IMG/VR virus record: IMGVR_UViG_3300021963_007405
Length of the DNA stretch: 64,000 nt
DNA from: an uncultured virus (IMG/VR IMGVR_UViG_3300021963_007405)
Lineage: Duplodnaviria; Heunggongvirae; Uroviricota; Caudoviricetes
Reading direction: 5' to 3' (one strand)
Shown here: positions 1 to 8,959 of the stretch, piece by piece
Layout of the letters: each line of letters opens with the position of its first letter
How positions within the stretch are numbered: position 1 is the stretch's first letter
The notes under the pieces: generated by a model
Database searches by the model: none
What the model was told of the DNA's origin: nothing
What the model saw: the letters and a program-made list of their open reading frames with translations, nothing else
Translations under genes and position numbers: made by a program

Positions 1-123
1 CCAATCGCCGAGACAAAGGTTTATGTCTGCCGATTCGTGCTGAATAATCTTATTGAACTTCTCAATGTTATTGTGAAGATCAGAAAGTATTACTATTTTC
101 TTTTTGTGACTATCGAATGTCAT
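1..123 (-). CDS. Metallophosphoesterase, N-terminal part (runs off window edge; not in ORF track)
   Basis: Own translation MTFDSHKKKIVILSDLHNNIEKFNKIIQHESADINLCLGDW shows the calcineurin-like DxH and GD motifs. Confidence 0.8.
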   Translation of the reverse strand, partial: MTFDSHKKKIVILSDLHNNIEKFNKIIQHESADINLCLGDW

Positions 124-475
124 TTTTTAAATACGTCTTAAAAGGATCGGTTGTTGGTTTACTAATTACAATACTAGTATTGGATTCGTTTCCCTTGACA
201 TCTAACCAACTAATTTTGAAGTCACCGTTTTCATTTCCTGCCATTTGTAATTGTCTTTCCCCAACTTGAAAGATAAGGCTAGGTACGACCAATGGAATAT
301 TTGGACATGAAGTTCCTAATCCAAGATTAGCATTTGCATCAAGAGTTAAAGGATAAGATTCTACTTTTGTTTGTGGCTTTTCTTCTGCTTTGAGAAGAGA
401 AGGCGCAGCAACTGCTGTTAAAACGCCACCGAATATAGATTTGAAGAATCCCTTACGAGTAAATTTCATACTCAT
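110..475 (-). CDS. Exported protein with Tat-like signal peptide
   Basis: TRKGFFK followed by a hydrophobic stretch and a signal peptidase-like site. Confidence 0.5.
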   Translation of the reverse strand: MSMKFTRKGFFKSIFGGVLTAVAAPSLLKAEEKPQTKVESYPLTLDANANLGLGTSCPNIPLVVPSLIFQVGERQLQMAGNENGDFKISWLDVKGNESNTSIVISKPTTDPFKTYLKNDIR

Positions 476-484
476 AATTATAGA

Positions 485-1063
485 CTATTCTTCATCGTTT
501 TCTGCAAATTTTTGATCTGGATGATAAATAAATTCTGGTCCATTATATCCATAGCCCGTATCGCCATGATCATGGTAATCATCAGGGGGTTCGCCATCGT
601 AATAAATTTCTTCAAGATATCTTTGATCTTTTTGATTCGTTCCGTATTGGATTGTAATCTTTTTAGGATCAAATTCTGTAACATTCTCCCAATAATAAAT
701 ATGGTTGAATTTCATATCATGGGACCACCAAATATTTACTTCGCCAACTTTATCTGGAGCTTGGGGAACATAATTGCAGCCGCCACCTTCTTCGAATTTA
801 AATTGACTCCAATCTGAGGTTGTAAAAATTGGTTCTTCTTGATTTCTAATATGGTTATCGCCTCCAAGATAAACGTCTATAGAATCGTAGCCGTGTTCAT
901 CAAAGTATGGACACGTTTCGTAAACTTCTCCTCCCCAATAACATTCATCGCTTTCAATGAATGATTCTTCAAATTGCTCTTGAGTTTGATCTTCAGTTGG
1001 ACCGGGAATAGTATCTTGACTATACTCAAAAGTTCCACGCATCCAGATTTTAATTTTTAACAT
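485..1063 (-). CDS. Hypothetical acidic protein
   Basis: 192 aa ORF tiling with its neighbours; D/E/Y-rich. Confidence 0.6.
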   Translation of the reverse strand: MLKIKIWMRGTFEYSQDTIPGPTEDQTQEQFEESFIESDECYWGGEVYETCPYFDEHGYDSIDVYLGGDNHIRNQEEPIFTTSDWSQFKFEEGGGCNYVPQAPDKVGEVNIWWSHDMKFNHIYYWENVTEFDPKKITIQYGTNQKDQRYLEEIYYDGEPPDDYHDHGDTGYGYNGPEFIYHPDQKFAENDEE

Positions 1064-1066
1064 AAA

Positions 1067-1483
1067 TTATTTATCGTAGTCTATTTTTCCAATGACGTTA
1101 ATACGAAAAGTATTAGTTACTTTTCCATCATTTGAACTGGTGACAATGTAGCTTTCTTCTATTGTACCGTCAAGGAAAAAGATTATTTTTGTTGCAGATG
1201 TTTCTATTATTTTTAAATCGTTAGTTATTGCGGCGAGTTCATCAGGATTTTCTATAGAGTTTATAGTATAATCTTCAGAAAAAGATAGCTCAGATTGTTT
1301 TTGATGATATGCTGCTTGATGACGTTTATTTATTAGAAAGGTTTTTAAATTCTCTCTAGCTTCCTCATATCTGTTAGCGTTAAAAGAATCAAAGTTAATA
1401 ACAAGAGCGGCGATCAATGATAATAATATCACTGTCGCCAATACTATCTCTATAAGAGTAAATCCTTTAGATTTACCAGTCAT
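1067..1483 (-). CDS. Type IV pilin / T2SS pseudopilin (FimT/GspH-like)
   Basis: Prepilin cleavage/methylation motif KG|FTLIE followed by a hydrophobic helix. Confidence 0.8.
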   Translation of the reverse strand: MTGKSKGFTLIEIVLATVILLSLIAALVINFDSFNANRYEEARENLKTFLINKRHQAAYHQKQSELSFSEDYTINSIENPDELAAITNDLKIIETSATKIIFFLDGTIEESYIVTSSNDGKVTNTFRINVIGKIDYDK

Positions 1484-1757
1484 TATGCTTTGGCTGTTTT
1501 TCTAATTCTTTTTCTCTTTCGATGGCTCGTTTTAGAATTGTACGCAATTCAGTCAAAGCTGTTTCATAAGAGTCGCAAGATATTTCTATATCATCAGTAA
1601 CATAACCATTATGAAAAACTCTGTATTCTGGTTGCTCGCCATAAGACCAGCGAGTTTCTATATACCAATGACAATCACGGTCTTTGTGATGATTGCCACT
1701 GATAAGCTCATACCATTCTTCGGTAAGTTTAACTATATCTTTTTGTACGTCAGTCAT
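1473..1757 (-). CDS. Hypothetical phage protein
   Basis: ORF overlaps both neighbours in an operon-like arrangement. Confidence 0.6.
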   Translation of the reverse strand: MTDVQKDIVKLTEEWYELISGNHHKDRDCHWYIETRWSYGEQPEYRVFHNGYVTDDIEISCDSYETALTELRTILKRAIEREKELEKQPKHNDW

Positions 1758-1971
1758 GGATGTTTATGCGTCGAATGTTAATTTCTTCATATAGAAGAGT
1801 GCGGATAGCTTCGATAGCTTCATCTGCTGTTTTAAAATCGTGTCCAAATTTATGATAGCTTCGCAGTCTATCTTCAAAATGACAAATAGCAGAAAACATA
1901 TCAATAGCTTGATTAGCCATCTCAAATCGTTTTTGATCTTCAGGTAGGTTGAATTCTAAGATTGCTTTCAT
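1750..1971 (-). CDS. Small phage protein (MKAILEFNLPED type)
   Basis: N-terminus typical of small phage ORFs; tiles with neighbours. Confidence 0.6.
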   Translation of the reverse strand: MKAILEFNLPEDQKRFEMANQAIDMFSAICHFEDRLRSYHKFGHDFKTADEAIEAIRTLLYEEINIRRINIHD

Positions 1972-1982
1972 AATTTTTAAAA

Positions 1983-2462
1983 TTACTCTTTAATTTTTAC
2001 AAATTTTACATATTCTATTGGGCATTCATAAAATTCTCTATCTCTTCCTTTGAAGCGGTCAGATTTAATAGTTTTTTTCCAAAATTTTTGATTTTTTGAA
2101 TAAGCTATAAAAGCGCAATCCATTTTTTCATTTAAAATAATATATGCATAAGGCTTAATTTTAGCTTTATCGTAAGTATGACAGACATCTATAATTAGAG
2201 TATCATAAGGAAAATCTTCCTTTGAAGTAAAAGTAAGTGATTTTCTTCTTTTTACTTCTATTCTTTGCATTATTTCCAAGTCTCCATCATCAGCAAATTC
2301 TGCCATATCTGATGATTTCGGCCTTTCAAATGTAGGTTTAATTACAACAGGAAAACCTTTTTTATTAAGCCATTCAGCCGCCACCATCACAGCATCTCTG
2401 CTTTCTCTAAGATCTTTTATAAAATTAGGATCTTTTTGATCGTAAATATCAAAGTTACTCAT
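1983..2462 (-). CDS. Putative PD-(D/E)XK nuclease-fold protein
   Basis: DDGDL...IEVKRR motif. Confidence 0.5.
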   Translation of the reverse strand: MSNFDIYDQKDPNFIKDLRESRDAVMVAAEWLNKKGFPVVIKPTFERPKSSDMAEFADDGDLEIMQRIEVKRRKSLTFTSKEDFPYDTLIIDVCHTYDKAKIKPYAYIILNEKMDCAFIAYSKNQKFWKKTIKSDRFKGRDREFYECPIEYVKFVKIKE

Positions 2463-3133
2463 TGTGTATTTTTATATTTTAAAAGTTGTTCACCGATATA
2501 TTTAGTATAGGCAGGTGGAATAGCTTCTGTCAATTCCCATCCTCGCTTAGGCCAATGCATATCCATAACCTTGCGCCAAACGTCGATTGAACCTTTGCGG
2601 CGACTCTTGCCAGTAACGCTCATGTCGCGATAATCAATACCATTCTCTTCGGCATATTTTTTAGAATATCCACGTTTAGCAATATTTTTTAATGGTGCAA
2701 CTGGAAAGTTACATTCAAAATATCTCGCTCGTTCGATTGGCATACCAAACATATAACCAGTTAATCTAAACGGTTCTATGAGATATTCTTTTGCACCGGC
2801 AACATTTTCAATAATATAATACTTTTTGGTCTCAATAAGTGCTTGACGAACTGGATGTATTAATTTTGGCGTGTCTTTGCCTTGAGAATAATGAACGTAA
2901 ATTGAATCAGGCTTTGTAGCTTTGCTGTACCCTTGGCAAGGGGGTGATGCATGAATAACATCAAAAGAATTAAGAAAATCTTTATCTTTCAAGATTTCAA
3001 TGACATCGCCCTTGATGAATTTAAAAGGATAACTAGGTTGATCTTTAATATCAACTCCAGTCACTTCAAATCCTGCACGGTGATAACCCATGCTTGCGCC
3101 ACCAGCGCAACAAAATAAATCAAGTAATTTCAT
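2459..3133 (-). CDS. DNA cytosine-C5 methyltransferase
   Basis: Motif I LDLFCCAGG, catalytic motif IV SPPCQ, motif VI ENV. Confidence 0.85.
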   Translation of the reverse strand: MKLLDLFCCAGGASMGYHRAGFEVTGVDIKDQPSYPFKFIKGDVIEILKDKDFLNSFDVIHASPPCQGYSKATKPDSIYVHYSQGKDTPKLIHPVRQALIETKKYYIIENVAGAKEYLIEPFRLTGYMFGMPIERARYFECNFPVAPLKNIAKRGYSKKYAEENGIDYRDMSVTGKSRRKGSIDVWRKVMDMHWPKRGWELTEAIPPAYTKYIGEQLLKYKNTQ

Positions 3134-3199
3134 AATTTTTGTAAAGGAAAGGTAAAAGTTGTATCTATTTTAGAAATTAACGTGTCAATTATTATAGAT

Positions 3200-3466
3200 A
3201 TGAAATATCTATTAACAATCATCGCGTTAACTCTCTCACTCAACGCCCAAGGTACACCAGAACATCCTCCCGGTCAAGGAGGAAATCATCGCAAACCCCC
3301 TGAAAAAATCAAAGAATTGCGCGAAGAAATGTTGAAAAAATACGATACAAATAAAGATGGAAAATTAGATAAAGAAGAAAGATCTAAAATTTCCTCTGAA
3401 GACCGTAAAAAGGTGGGTCCACCTCGCAGAGGACCAAAAGGTCCACCTCCTTCAAAGAAAGGCTAA
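3200..3466 (+). CDS. Secreted EF-hand protein
   Basis: Signal peptide MKYLLTIIALTLSLNA; EF-hand loop DTNKDGKLDKEE; ATG at 3200 preferred over GTG at 3182. Confidence 0.7.
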   Translation: MKYLLTIIALTLSLNAQGTPEHPPGQGGNHRKPPEKIKELREEMLKKYDTNKDGKLDKEERSKISSEDRKKVGPPRRGPKGPPPSKKG

Positions 3467-3467
3467 T

Positions 3468-3500
3468 AAAAACCCTCCAGTAATGGAGGGTTTGTTTTTT
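3468..3500. terminator. Bidirectional intrinsic terminator
   Basis: Stem AAACCCTCCA-gtaa-TGGAGGGTTT with A-run on the left and T-run on the right, between convergent genes. Confidence 0.8.
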
Positions 3501-3870
3501 ATTCACACTTTTTAAAACCCAGCAGTATTGCCGATTGTGTAGATAGTGTTTTGTACCATCCATGTTTTTCGCAAAGATATCCTTTGCCGCCAGTCACTTC
3601 GCAAGTTTTAGACGAAAGTTTTCCATATTTATCAATCATAGCGGAAGTTACTTCGTTGCCGCCGCTTGCATAAAATCGAAGTCCTGCAAACTTTTCTTTA
3701 ACTTGAAGTGCGACAACTTGTTCACAACCAGAATTATTAATTTCATGTTGTACGTCTTTGCAAAGATTAAAGATGATATCAAACCATCCATCGTCGCATT
3801 CAAAATAAAAATTCTCTTTAAAAATAGAGGGAAATCTATTAACGAGTTTTTCAGTATTTTTATCAGTCAT
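3499..3870 (-). CDS. Phage hypothetical protein
   Basis: ECDDGW...QVKEKFAGLRFY...CEVTG pattern that I recognise from large phages. Confidence 0.65.
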   Translation of the reverse strand: MTDKNTEKLVNRFPSIFKENFYFECDDGWFDIIFNLCKDVQHEINNSGCEQVVALQVKEKFAGLRFYASGGNEVTSAMIDKYGKLSSKTCEVTGGKGYLCEKHGWYKTLSTQSAILLGFKKCE

Positions 3871-4006
3871 GATTTCTATCGTTTTGGTTTAAATCGAAAG
3901 GGCTATCGTCTTGTTCTTCAATTTCTCCAAGGCAATCTACACAAACAGAACAATAATTAAGATCTTCTAAGAAAGCAGTTTTTTTGCCGCAGTAATCGCA
4001 GTTCAT
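3863..4006 (-). CDS. 47 aa zinc-finger-like protein (not in ORF track)
   Basis: MNCDYCGKK...YCSVCVDC with acidic tail; ATGA overlap with the upstream gene. Confidence 0.6.
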   Translation of the reverse strand: MNCDYCGKKTAFLEDLNYCSVCVDCLGEIEEQDDSPFDLNQNDRNHD

Positions 4007-4209
4007 TGATTTGCTAATTTAAAAATATCATCAAGAGTTTCTTTTACTCTAATACCATTGTTATTCCAACGAGTAATAATAATACTATGCTTCTTGCTAG
4101 GACTCGGTTCAATACTTACAACAGTGTCCATATTAAAAAGAATTGGCGTATATGCCATACTATTATCGTGATGCAAATCTAGTTGATGCAATTTTACAAA
4201 ATGAGCCAT
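4003..4209 (-). CDS. FlbD-like small protein
   Basis: FVKL...ILFNMDTVVSIE...VKETLDDI pattern; ATG at 4209 preferred. Confidence 0.5.
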   Translation of the reverse strand: MAHFVKLHQLDLHHDNSMAYTPILFNMDTVVSIEPSPSKKHSIIITRWNNNGIRVKETLDDIFKLANQ

Positions 4210-4256
4210 AAAATAAAAAAAGTGCGGTTTTAAGGATGACCGCAAACCTTGTTTGT

Positions 4257-4454
4257 TTAATTGCGACGGTAACTATCAGGAGCGCGAAACACTTCTTGTT
4301 CCTTATTAGCGTCACCCTCTACATAATAGATAACACCATTTACAGACTTAGCACATTGCATAGCCCAATCATACGCTTGCTTTTTTCCTAGCGCAAGATT
4401 ATAGGCTGACTGATATGTACCATCCTTGTCTCTAACGATATATCGTTTATTCAT
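4257..4454 (-). CDS. Hypothetical protein
   Basis: ORF tiling. Confidence 0.55.
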   Translation of the reverse strand: MNKRYIVRDKDGTYQSAYNLALGKKQAYDWAMQCAKSVNGVIYYVEGDANKEQEVFRAPDSYRRN

Positions 4455-4455
4455 T

Positions 4456-4716
4456 TTAGGAATTCTTAATTAGAATGTCGTGAATTAGATGGCGAGTCTT
4501 GTGATCAAGAATTCGACCTGTTTCATCCTTCGGAAGATCAGTGACAACCTTATCAAAATTAAGTCCAAGAACGGAACTCATACACTTAATCTTTCGGTAA
4601 ATACCAATCTCCTTATACTTTAGAATTGACCACAATGTGTCAACTTGTTCTGGAGTTGCCTTAGTGATGGCATTCAACAAGACAACTGGCTCTGTAACTG
4701 TAGCTGTTTCACTCAT
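4456..4716 (-). CDS. Hypothetical protein
   Basis: ORF tiling. Confidence 0.55.
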   Translation of the reverse strand: MSETATVTEPVVLLNAITKATPEQVDTLWSILKYKEIGIYRKIKCMSSVLGLNFDKVVTDLPKDETGRILDHKTRHLIHDILIKNS

Positions 4717-4725
4717 ATTATAATA

Positions 4726-5835
4726 TTACTGATCGTCAGACTTTTCACTGACTGTCACAATAGTTACAAGACTATTAGACAAAGCAATGTTATCGTCTTC
4801 ATGAACGGTAAATCCTAGATCCAAACAAATATCCTTGATTTCTTGACAAGTGATATGCGTTCCCTTTAGACGGGATTGAATGGACTTGAGGGTAGCAGGA
4901 GTTCCGCCTTCAACGCGACCCTCAACGTAATTCTTAATAGCTAGAATAGTAGCATCGCTATATCCATAGTCTTCATTGATATTGCAACCACAATCGTCGT
5001 CGCAATTATCATCGTCATCATCAACGCTGATTTCTTCATCAGTGTTGTAATATGGCTCATTAAGAGGAGCTTCTTCTTCTTTAATACGCTCGAAAGGAAC
5101 TTCTCCAATGACCTTGTATTTAGAAACACGAAGCTTCTGGAAATTGCAATCAGTAGGAACACTAACTGCATTAGAAGGATCGAACTCAACCATCATAAGA
5201 TGGCCGTCGTTACCAGCCCAATCCTTTGCATAATCATAGCTGCCAATGTGCAAGCCATGAGAACAATGATTGTCCTTATTATCATCAACGCTGTTACGAG
5301 CAACTTCAATAGTTTCGCCAATCTTATTGAGAATGCAACCATTTTTATTTACAGTACCAGTGATCACAACAGTATTAGTGTTGCCATGCTTTGAATAATA
5401 ATCAGCATCAACGCCTTTATATCCAATAACATTGCCAGTCTCAGTCAATGGCAAAGTCTTATAAGAAAGAAAAGTGTACAACTGATCGACACTGTTCTTG
5501 CTAGGATTGAACATAAGCTTCTCAATAAAATTGAGAATAGGTTGAGCGTCCTTAGCTCCTGAGCGCAAAAACTCAAGAAGCTTGTCAATTACAAAACCCT
5601 TCAGTTCGTAATTGCCGTAATAAACCTTCTCAGAAACAATCTTAATGCTGTTATGCGAGAAGTCTTCGATCTGCTTCTTGATATCAAGAAATCGACCAAT
5701 ACTGTCGTATTCTGCATTAAGCAGAGCGTTCTTCAATCCAGTATAATTGGGATTATCCGTATTCACCGTATACGGTTGACCTTCCCAAATGACCGTGATT
5801 GCGTTGCTGGTGACAATGTATGCTGGCTTGTTCAT
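4726..5835 (-). CDS. rIIB: RIIB-like protein
   Basis: NPS...QLYTFL, GYKGV, CSHGLH, VSVPTD..QKLRV motifs; directly downstream of rIIA. Confidence 0.85.
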   Translation of the reverse strand: MNKPAYIVTSNAITVIWEGQPYTVNTDNPNYTGLKNALLNAEYDSIGRFLDIKKQIEDFSHNSIKIVSEKVYYGNYELKGFVIDKLLEFLRSGAKDAQPILNFIEKLMFNPSKNSVDQLYTFLSYKTLPLTETGNVIGYKGVDADYYSKHGNTNTVVITGTVNKNGCILNKIGETIEVARNSVDDNKDNHCSHGLHIGSYDYAKDWAGNDGHLMMVEFDPSNAVSVPTDCNFQKLRVSKYKVIGEVPFERIKEEEAPLNEPYYNTDEEISVDDDDDNCDDDCGCNINEDYGYSDATILAIKNYVEGRVEGGTPATLKSIQSRLKGTHITCQEIKDICLDLGFTVHEDDNIALSNSLVTIVTVSEKSDDQ

Positions 5836-5864
5836 AATATTTTTTACACCTTAACTGTTCAACT

Positions 5865-5892
5865 ATGCTAACTCAAATTTTCGAAAAGTCAA
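5865..5892 (-). promoter_or_regulatory. Sigma70-type promoter
   Basis: TTGACT-N16-TAGCAT upstream of rIIB. Confidence 0.5.
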
Positions 5893-8065
5893 CCGAATTT
5901 TGCTGGTTGATGAAGGAAATGTATGCCTTAAATTCAACTTCATTTTTATTGCGATCAGTATGGTAAAGATCGGAGTGAATTTTAAGCATTGGATAATTTT
6001 TATAAATTTCTTCGGTTGCTTGTTTTAGATATTTTCCGCAGATAGAAACTGGAGTTTCATTGTCGTGAGACATATTAATTTTAAGAACTTCGAGTACATT
6101 CCGCCATTTTTTAATAAAATTAGCGAATTCAAGCATATTTGCTTTCTTAAGAAGTTCTGAACAAAAATTCAGTTTATAATCATATTTCTGACAAGTACTA
6201 ATATCTGCAACCATGACAGTAAAAGTCATAATATTATATGCGTCATCAGTCTTGCAAGAAATGTATTCAAGAATCAAAGACTTAATTTCATCAGAACAAG
6301 CATTCCATTTATCTTGGATATACTTAATAATATCAACGAAATCAGCGCGATTTTTAAATTTAACAGTTGCGGCTACATTATTTGATACTCCATAAACACT
6401 GATCTTAAACAATTTGGTTATATCGTCTAAAAAATGAGTATTGAGTTTATTCTTTTCGTAGTAAAATTGTGAATACTGATTAATAGGCTTTCCATCAGAG
6501 ATGGGAAAATAAAGCTTAGTAATAGAAGTATCGTTAATTTCTTGACCGAAAATAGTTGAACAGCGGAAAGCAGAACCTTCAACCTTATAAAAATAATTAG
6601 GAGTATATGAACTAGTAGAAGCTTTCTTGTTAGAAGGAAGCTTTACTGGAGTCAATTCACTAAGATTGCAGTAACCAGACTTAACAAGATCAAATCGATT
6701 AACCTCTTTAAACTTGTCAACACCATTAAGAGTAGCAGAACTAATGATTGATTGATCGTGAGCAATAACGACTACGTTTTTGTATTTTTTAACTAATTCG
6801 TAAACGCGAGGAACAACCTTGGTATTGTCTGGCAAATCGTGAAATACAATATAAGTATCTTTATCATTACCAATGGTATAACATTTGGAAATAGCTACAC
6901 GATCACCAGATACGCAATAATTTTTAGCATAAATAGGAATTCTATTAGTTTTATCATTCTCTTCATAACTAGCACGATTGAAATTCCAAGTAATAATTTT
7001 ATGACCTTTAAAAACAAAAACATCTTGATTTTGAAGTTGGTCAAAAGCATTTCGAGGAAACGTCTGGCTAATATCTTTATAGTAAGACATAGCATCACGC
7101 AAACAATCAAATTGCGCGATCTTGTTCTTGATAGAGTCAGTGAATTCTTTGCAGAAAGCTTGATAACGGGATTTCAAATAAGCTTTAGTAGTCTTGTTGT
7201 ACTCAAGTGTTTCGCGTGAGTGATGCAGCGAAACAGATCCAATATCAGCAATAAAAACAAGCTTATTAAGATACTTAGTCCATGCGTAATCATCGTCACT
7301 CTTGAAATCAACAAGTTCAGGATTGATAGGATAATAAATGCCGCCCATTACAATACCCTGCTCACCAACTGAATAATGATTATAACCATTAACAGATTTG
7401 CGAATTTGCCAATTAGTACCAGAAGCAACAATCTCAGGCTTTGCAATTTCAACTTGCAAATTCAAGAAGTGAGGCTGAACTTCAAAATTACTAAAGAATG
7501 AAGAAATTTCCTGATTGAACTTGTTGATATCGCCGCTCGAAACACCCACAGAAATACAAATACCATTTGCTTCCAAGGTAGGCTCACAAAATATCTCGTC
7601 AATCTTAGTGTCATTCTCTTCTGAGATATAAACACTATAAATAGACTTGATACCTTCATGATAAGAAGTAATGGTAAAACTATCTTTATAGGAAAGCGGA
7701 GCAAATCGACCAATGCCGAAACCGCCGATTGAAAGATCGGAACCACGCTTGGTAGACTTGCCAAACTTACTATACAGATTAAAAATCTGATCGCGACTCA
7801 AACCAGTTCCATAATCACGAACAAAAAAAGTCTGATCAAAAGTAGTTGGCGATTTGATGTCGATAGCTTGGACGGGAAAATCGTTCTCCAAGTTGGCATC
7901 GACAGCATTGGCATAAGTCTCACGAATGGTCGCGAGAATCGTATTTGAATAATTGTTTCGCAGAAGCGAGGAAATGTACCTCATGTCTTCAGCGTCAATC
8001 GTGCAGTTTACAGTGGGAAAATCGTGCGAAGTCGCAACGACCCGATCAGCAACAAGTATCTTCAT
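5873..8065 (-). CDS. rIIA: RIIA-like protein (GHKL ATPase N-domain)
   Basis: RETYANAVDA, VRDYGTGLS, STKR, GGFGIG; paired with rIIB. Confidence 0.85.
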   Translation of the reverse strand: MKILVADRVVATSHDFPTVNCTIDAEDMRYISSLLRNNYSNTILATIRETYANAVDANLENDFPVQAIDIKSPTTFDQTFFVRDYGTGLSRDQIFNLYSKFGKSTKRGSDLSIGGFGIGRFAPLSYKDSFTITSYHEGIKSIYSVYISEENDTKIDEIFCEPTLEANGICISVGVSSGDINKFNQEISSFFSNFEVQPHFLNLQVEIAKPEIVASGTNWQIRKSVNGYNHYSVGEQGIVMGGIYYPINPELVDFKSDDDYAWTKYLNKLVFIADIGSVSLHHSRETLEYNKTTKAYLKSRYQAFCKEFTDSIKNKIAQFDCLRDAMSYYKDISQTFPRNAFDQLQNQDVFVFKGHKIITWNFNRASYEENDKTNRIPIYAKNYCVSGDRVAISKCYTIGNDKDTYIVFHDLPDNTKVVPRVYELVKKYKNVVVIAHDQSIISSATLNGVDKFKEVNRFDLVKSGYCNLSELTPVKLPSNKKASTSSYTPNYFYKVEGSAFRCSTIFGQEINDTSITKLYFPISDGKPINQYSQFYYEKNKLNTHFLDDITKLFKISVYGVSNNVAATVKFKNRADFVDIIKYIQDKWNACSDEIKSLILEYISCKTDDAYNIMTFTVMVADISTCQKYDYKLNFCSELLKKANMLEFANFIKKWRNVLEVLKINMSHDNETPVSICGKYLKQATEEIYKNYPMLKIHSDLYHTDRNKNEVEFKAYISFINQQNSVDFSKI

Positions 8066-8073
8066 GCGGGGTG

Positions 8074-8101
8074 ATTATGGCAGGTTATTCCAAATCGTCA
8101 A
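8074..8101 (-). promoter_or_regulatory. Sigma70-type promoter, near-leaderless
   Basis: TTGACG-N16(..AACCTGC)-CATAAT, then 8 nt to the rIIA ATG. Confidence 0.65.
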
Positions 8102-8369
8102 GAGGTTCTTCAAAAAAATTTTCGAGGTATCCGCTACTCAATTCAAGATAAAATATATATGACATTTCATTTTCAAACATACTTACTTCACTTGATATGC
8201 TTTTAGCGCATTTATAGAATATTTCTGTGCTGTATTTTTCTACAGCTTCGCTTTCATCTGATAATGCGCGTATTACATCTAATACTAAAACTCGCAAATA
8301 GAAATCATTGTTATTTTGAACTTTGTCGTAAAAGTTCCTATCTACAACAATTGCAAATTTATGAGTCAT
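8085..8369 (-). CDS. Hypothetical protein
   Basis: ORF between the tRNA and rIIA. Confidence 0.5.
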   Translation of the reverse strand: MTHKFAIVVDRNFYDKVQNNNDFYLRVLVLDVIRALSDESEAVEKYSTEIFYKCAKSISSEVSMFENEMSYIFYLELSSGYLENFFEEPLDDLE

Positions 8370-8374
8370 GAAAG

Positions 8375-8448
8375 TGGAGCGGGTAGCGAGAATCGAACTC
8401 GCATTATCACTTTGGAAGAGTGAGACTTTACCATTAAGTTATACCCGC
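8375..8448 (-). tRNA. tRNA-Gly(TCC)
   Basis: GCGGGTA acceptor stem, anticodon arm TCACT-CTTCCAA-AGTGA, GTTCGATTC T-loop, encoded CCA. Confidence 0.93.
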
Positions 8449-8455
8449 TTTTAAA

Positions 8456-8755
8456 TTAAGGATTAACTACCTTCACTAAATTAACTACAGGCTTCAATCG
8501 CAACAAAGCTTTGCCACCATGCTTATCGTCATGTTGAATAACAAAACATTGTATAAAAACATTCTCTCCAATAAATCTTACGTCTATTAATTGTATACTA
8601 TGTTGTTTATTGTCTTCTGTCTTTAATGTAGCAAGCGGCGGCGAATTAATATCGATATCTTTATATAAAGATTCGATATCTACTGTTTGCCCAATATAGT
8701 TTTCCAAGAACTTTCCGCCATTATTGGTTCCGTCTATATTGAGTGTGAATTTCAT
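8456..8755 (-). CDS. Hypothetical protein
   Basis: ORF tiling. Confidence 0.55.
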   Translation of the reverse strand: MKFTLNIDGTNNGGKFLENYIGQTVDIESLYKDIDINSPPLATLKTEDNKQHSIQLIDVRFIGENVFIQCFVIQHDDKHGGKALLRLKPVVNLVKVVNP

Positions 8756-8925
8756 AGATCTACTTCTTCAGTAATATTCATCTTAGGATTGTTGAGAACT
8801 TGGCGAAGAATCTCAATAATCAATAGATCTTGCTTTGCTTGAGGCTTAAAGTTAGCTTCGTTCTTAAAAATTTCAGACAAATCTTCAAGATCTTTATCCC
8901 CGATTTTAATCGTAACGTGCTTCAT
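8752..8925 (-). CDS. 57 aa protein, possibly ribbon-helix-helix (not in ORF track)
   Basis: MKHVTIKIGDKDLEDLSEIFKNE...KQDLLIIEILRQVL; ATGA overlap with the next gene; has its own promoter. Confidence 0.6.
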   Translation of the reverse strand: MKHVTIKIGDKDLEDLSEIFKNEANFKPQAKQDLLIIEILRQVLNNPKMNITEEVDL

Positions 8926-8931
8926 GTATTA

Positions 8932-8959
8932 ATAATACAATCAGCCACAAAGTTTTCAA
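8932..8959 (-). promoter_or_regulatory. Sigma70-type leaderless promoter
   Basis: TTGAAA-N16-TATTAT, then 6 nt to ATG 8925. Confidence 0.55.

Noticed and set aside
4215..4244. Terminator-like hairpin TGCGGT-N10-ACCGCA with T-run
   Set aside because: Short stem and large loop; plausible but too weak to list as a feature
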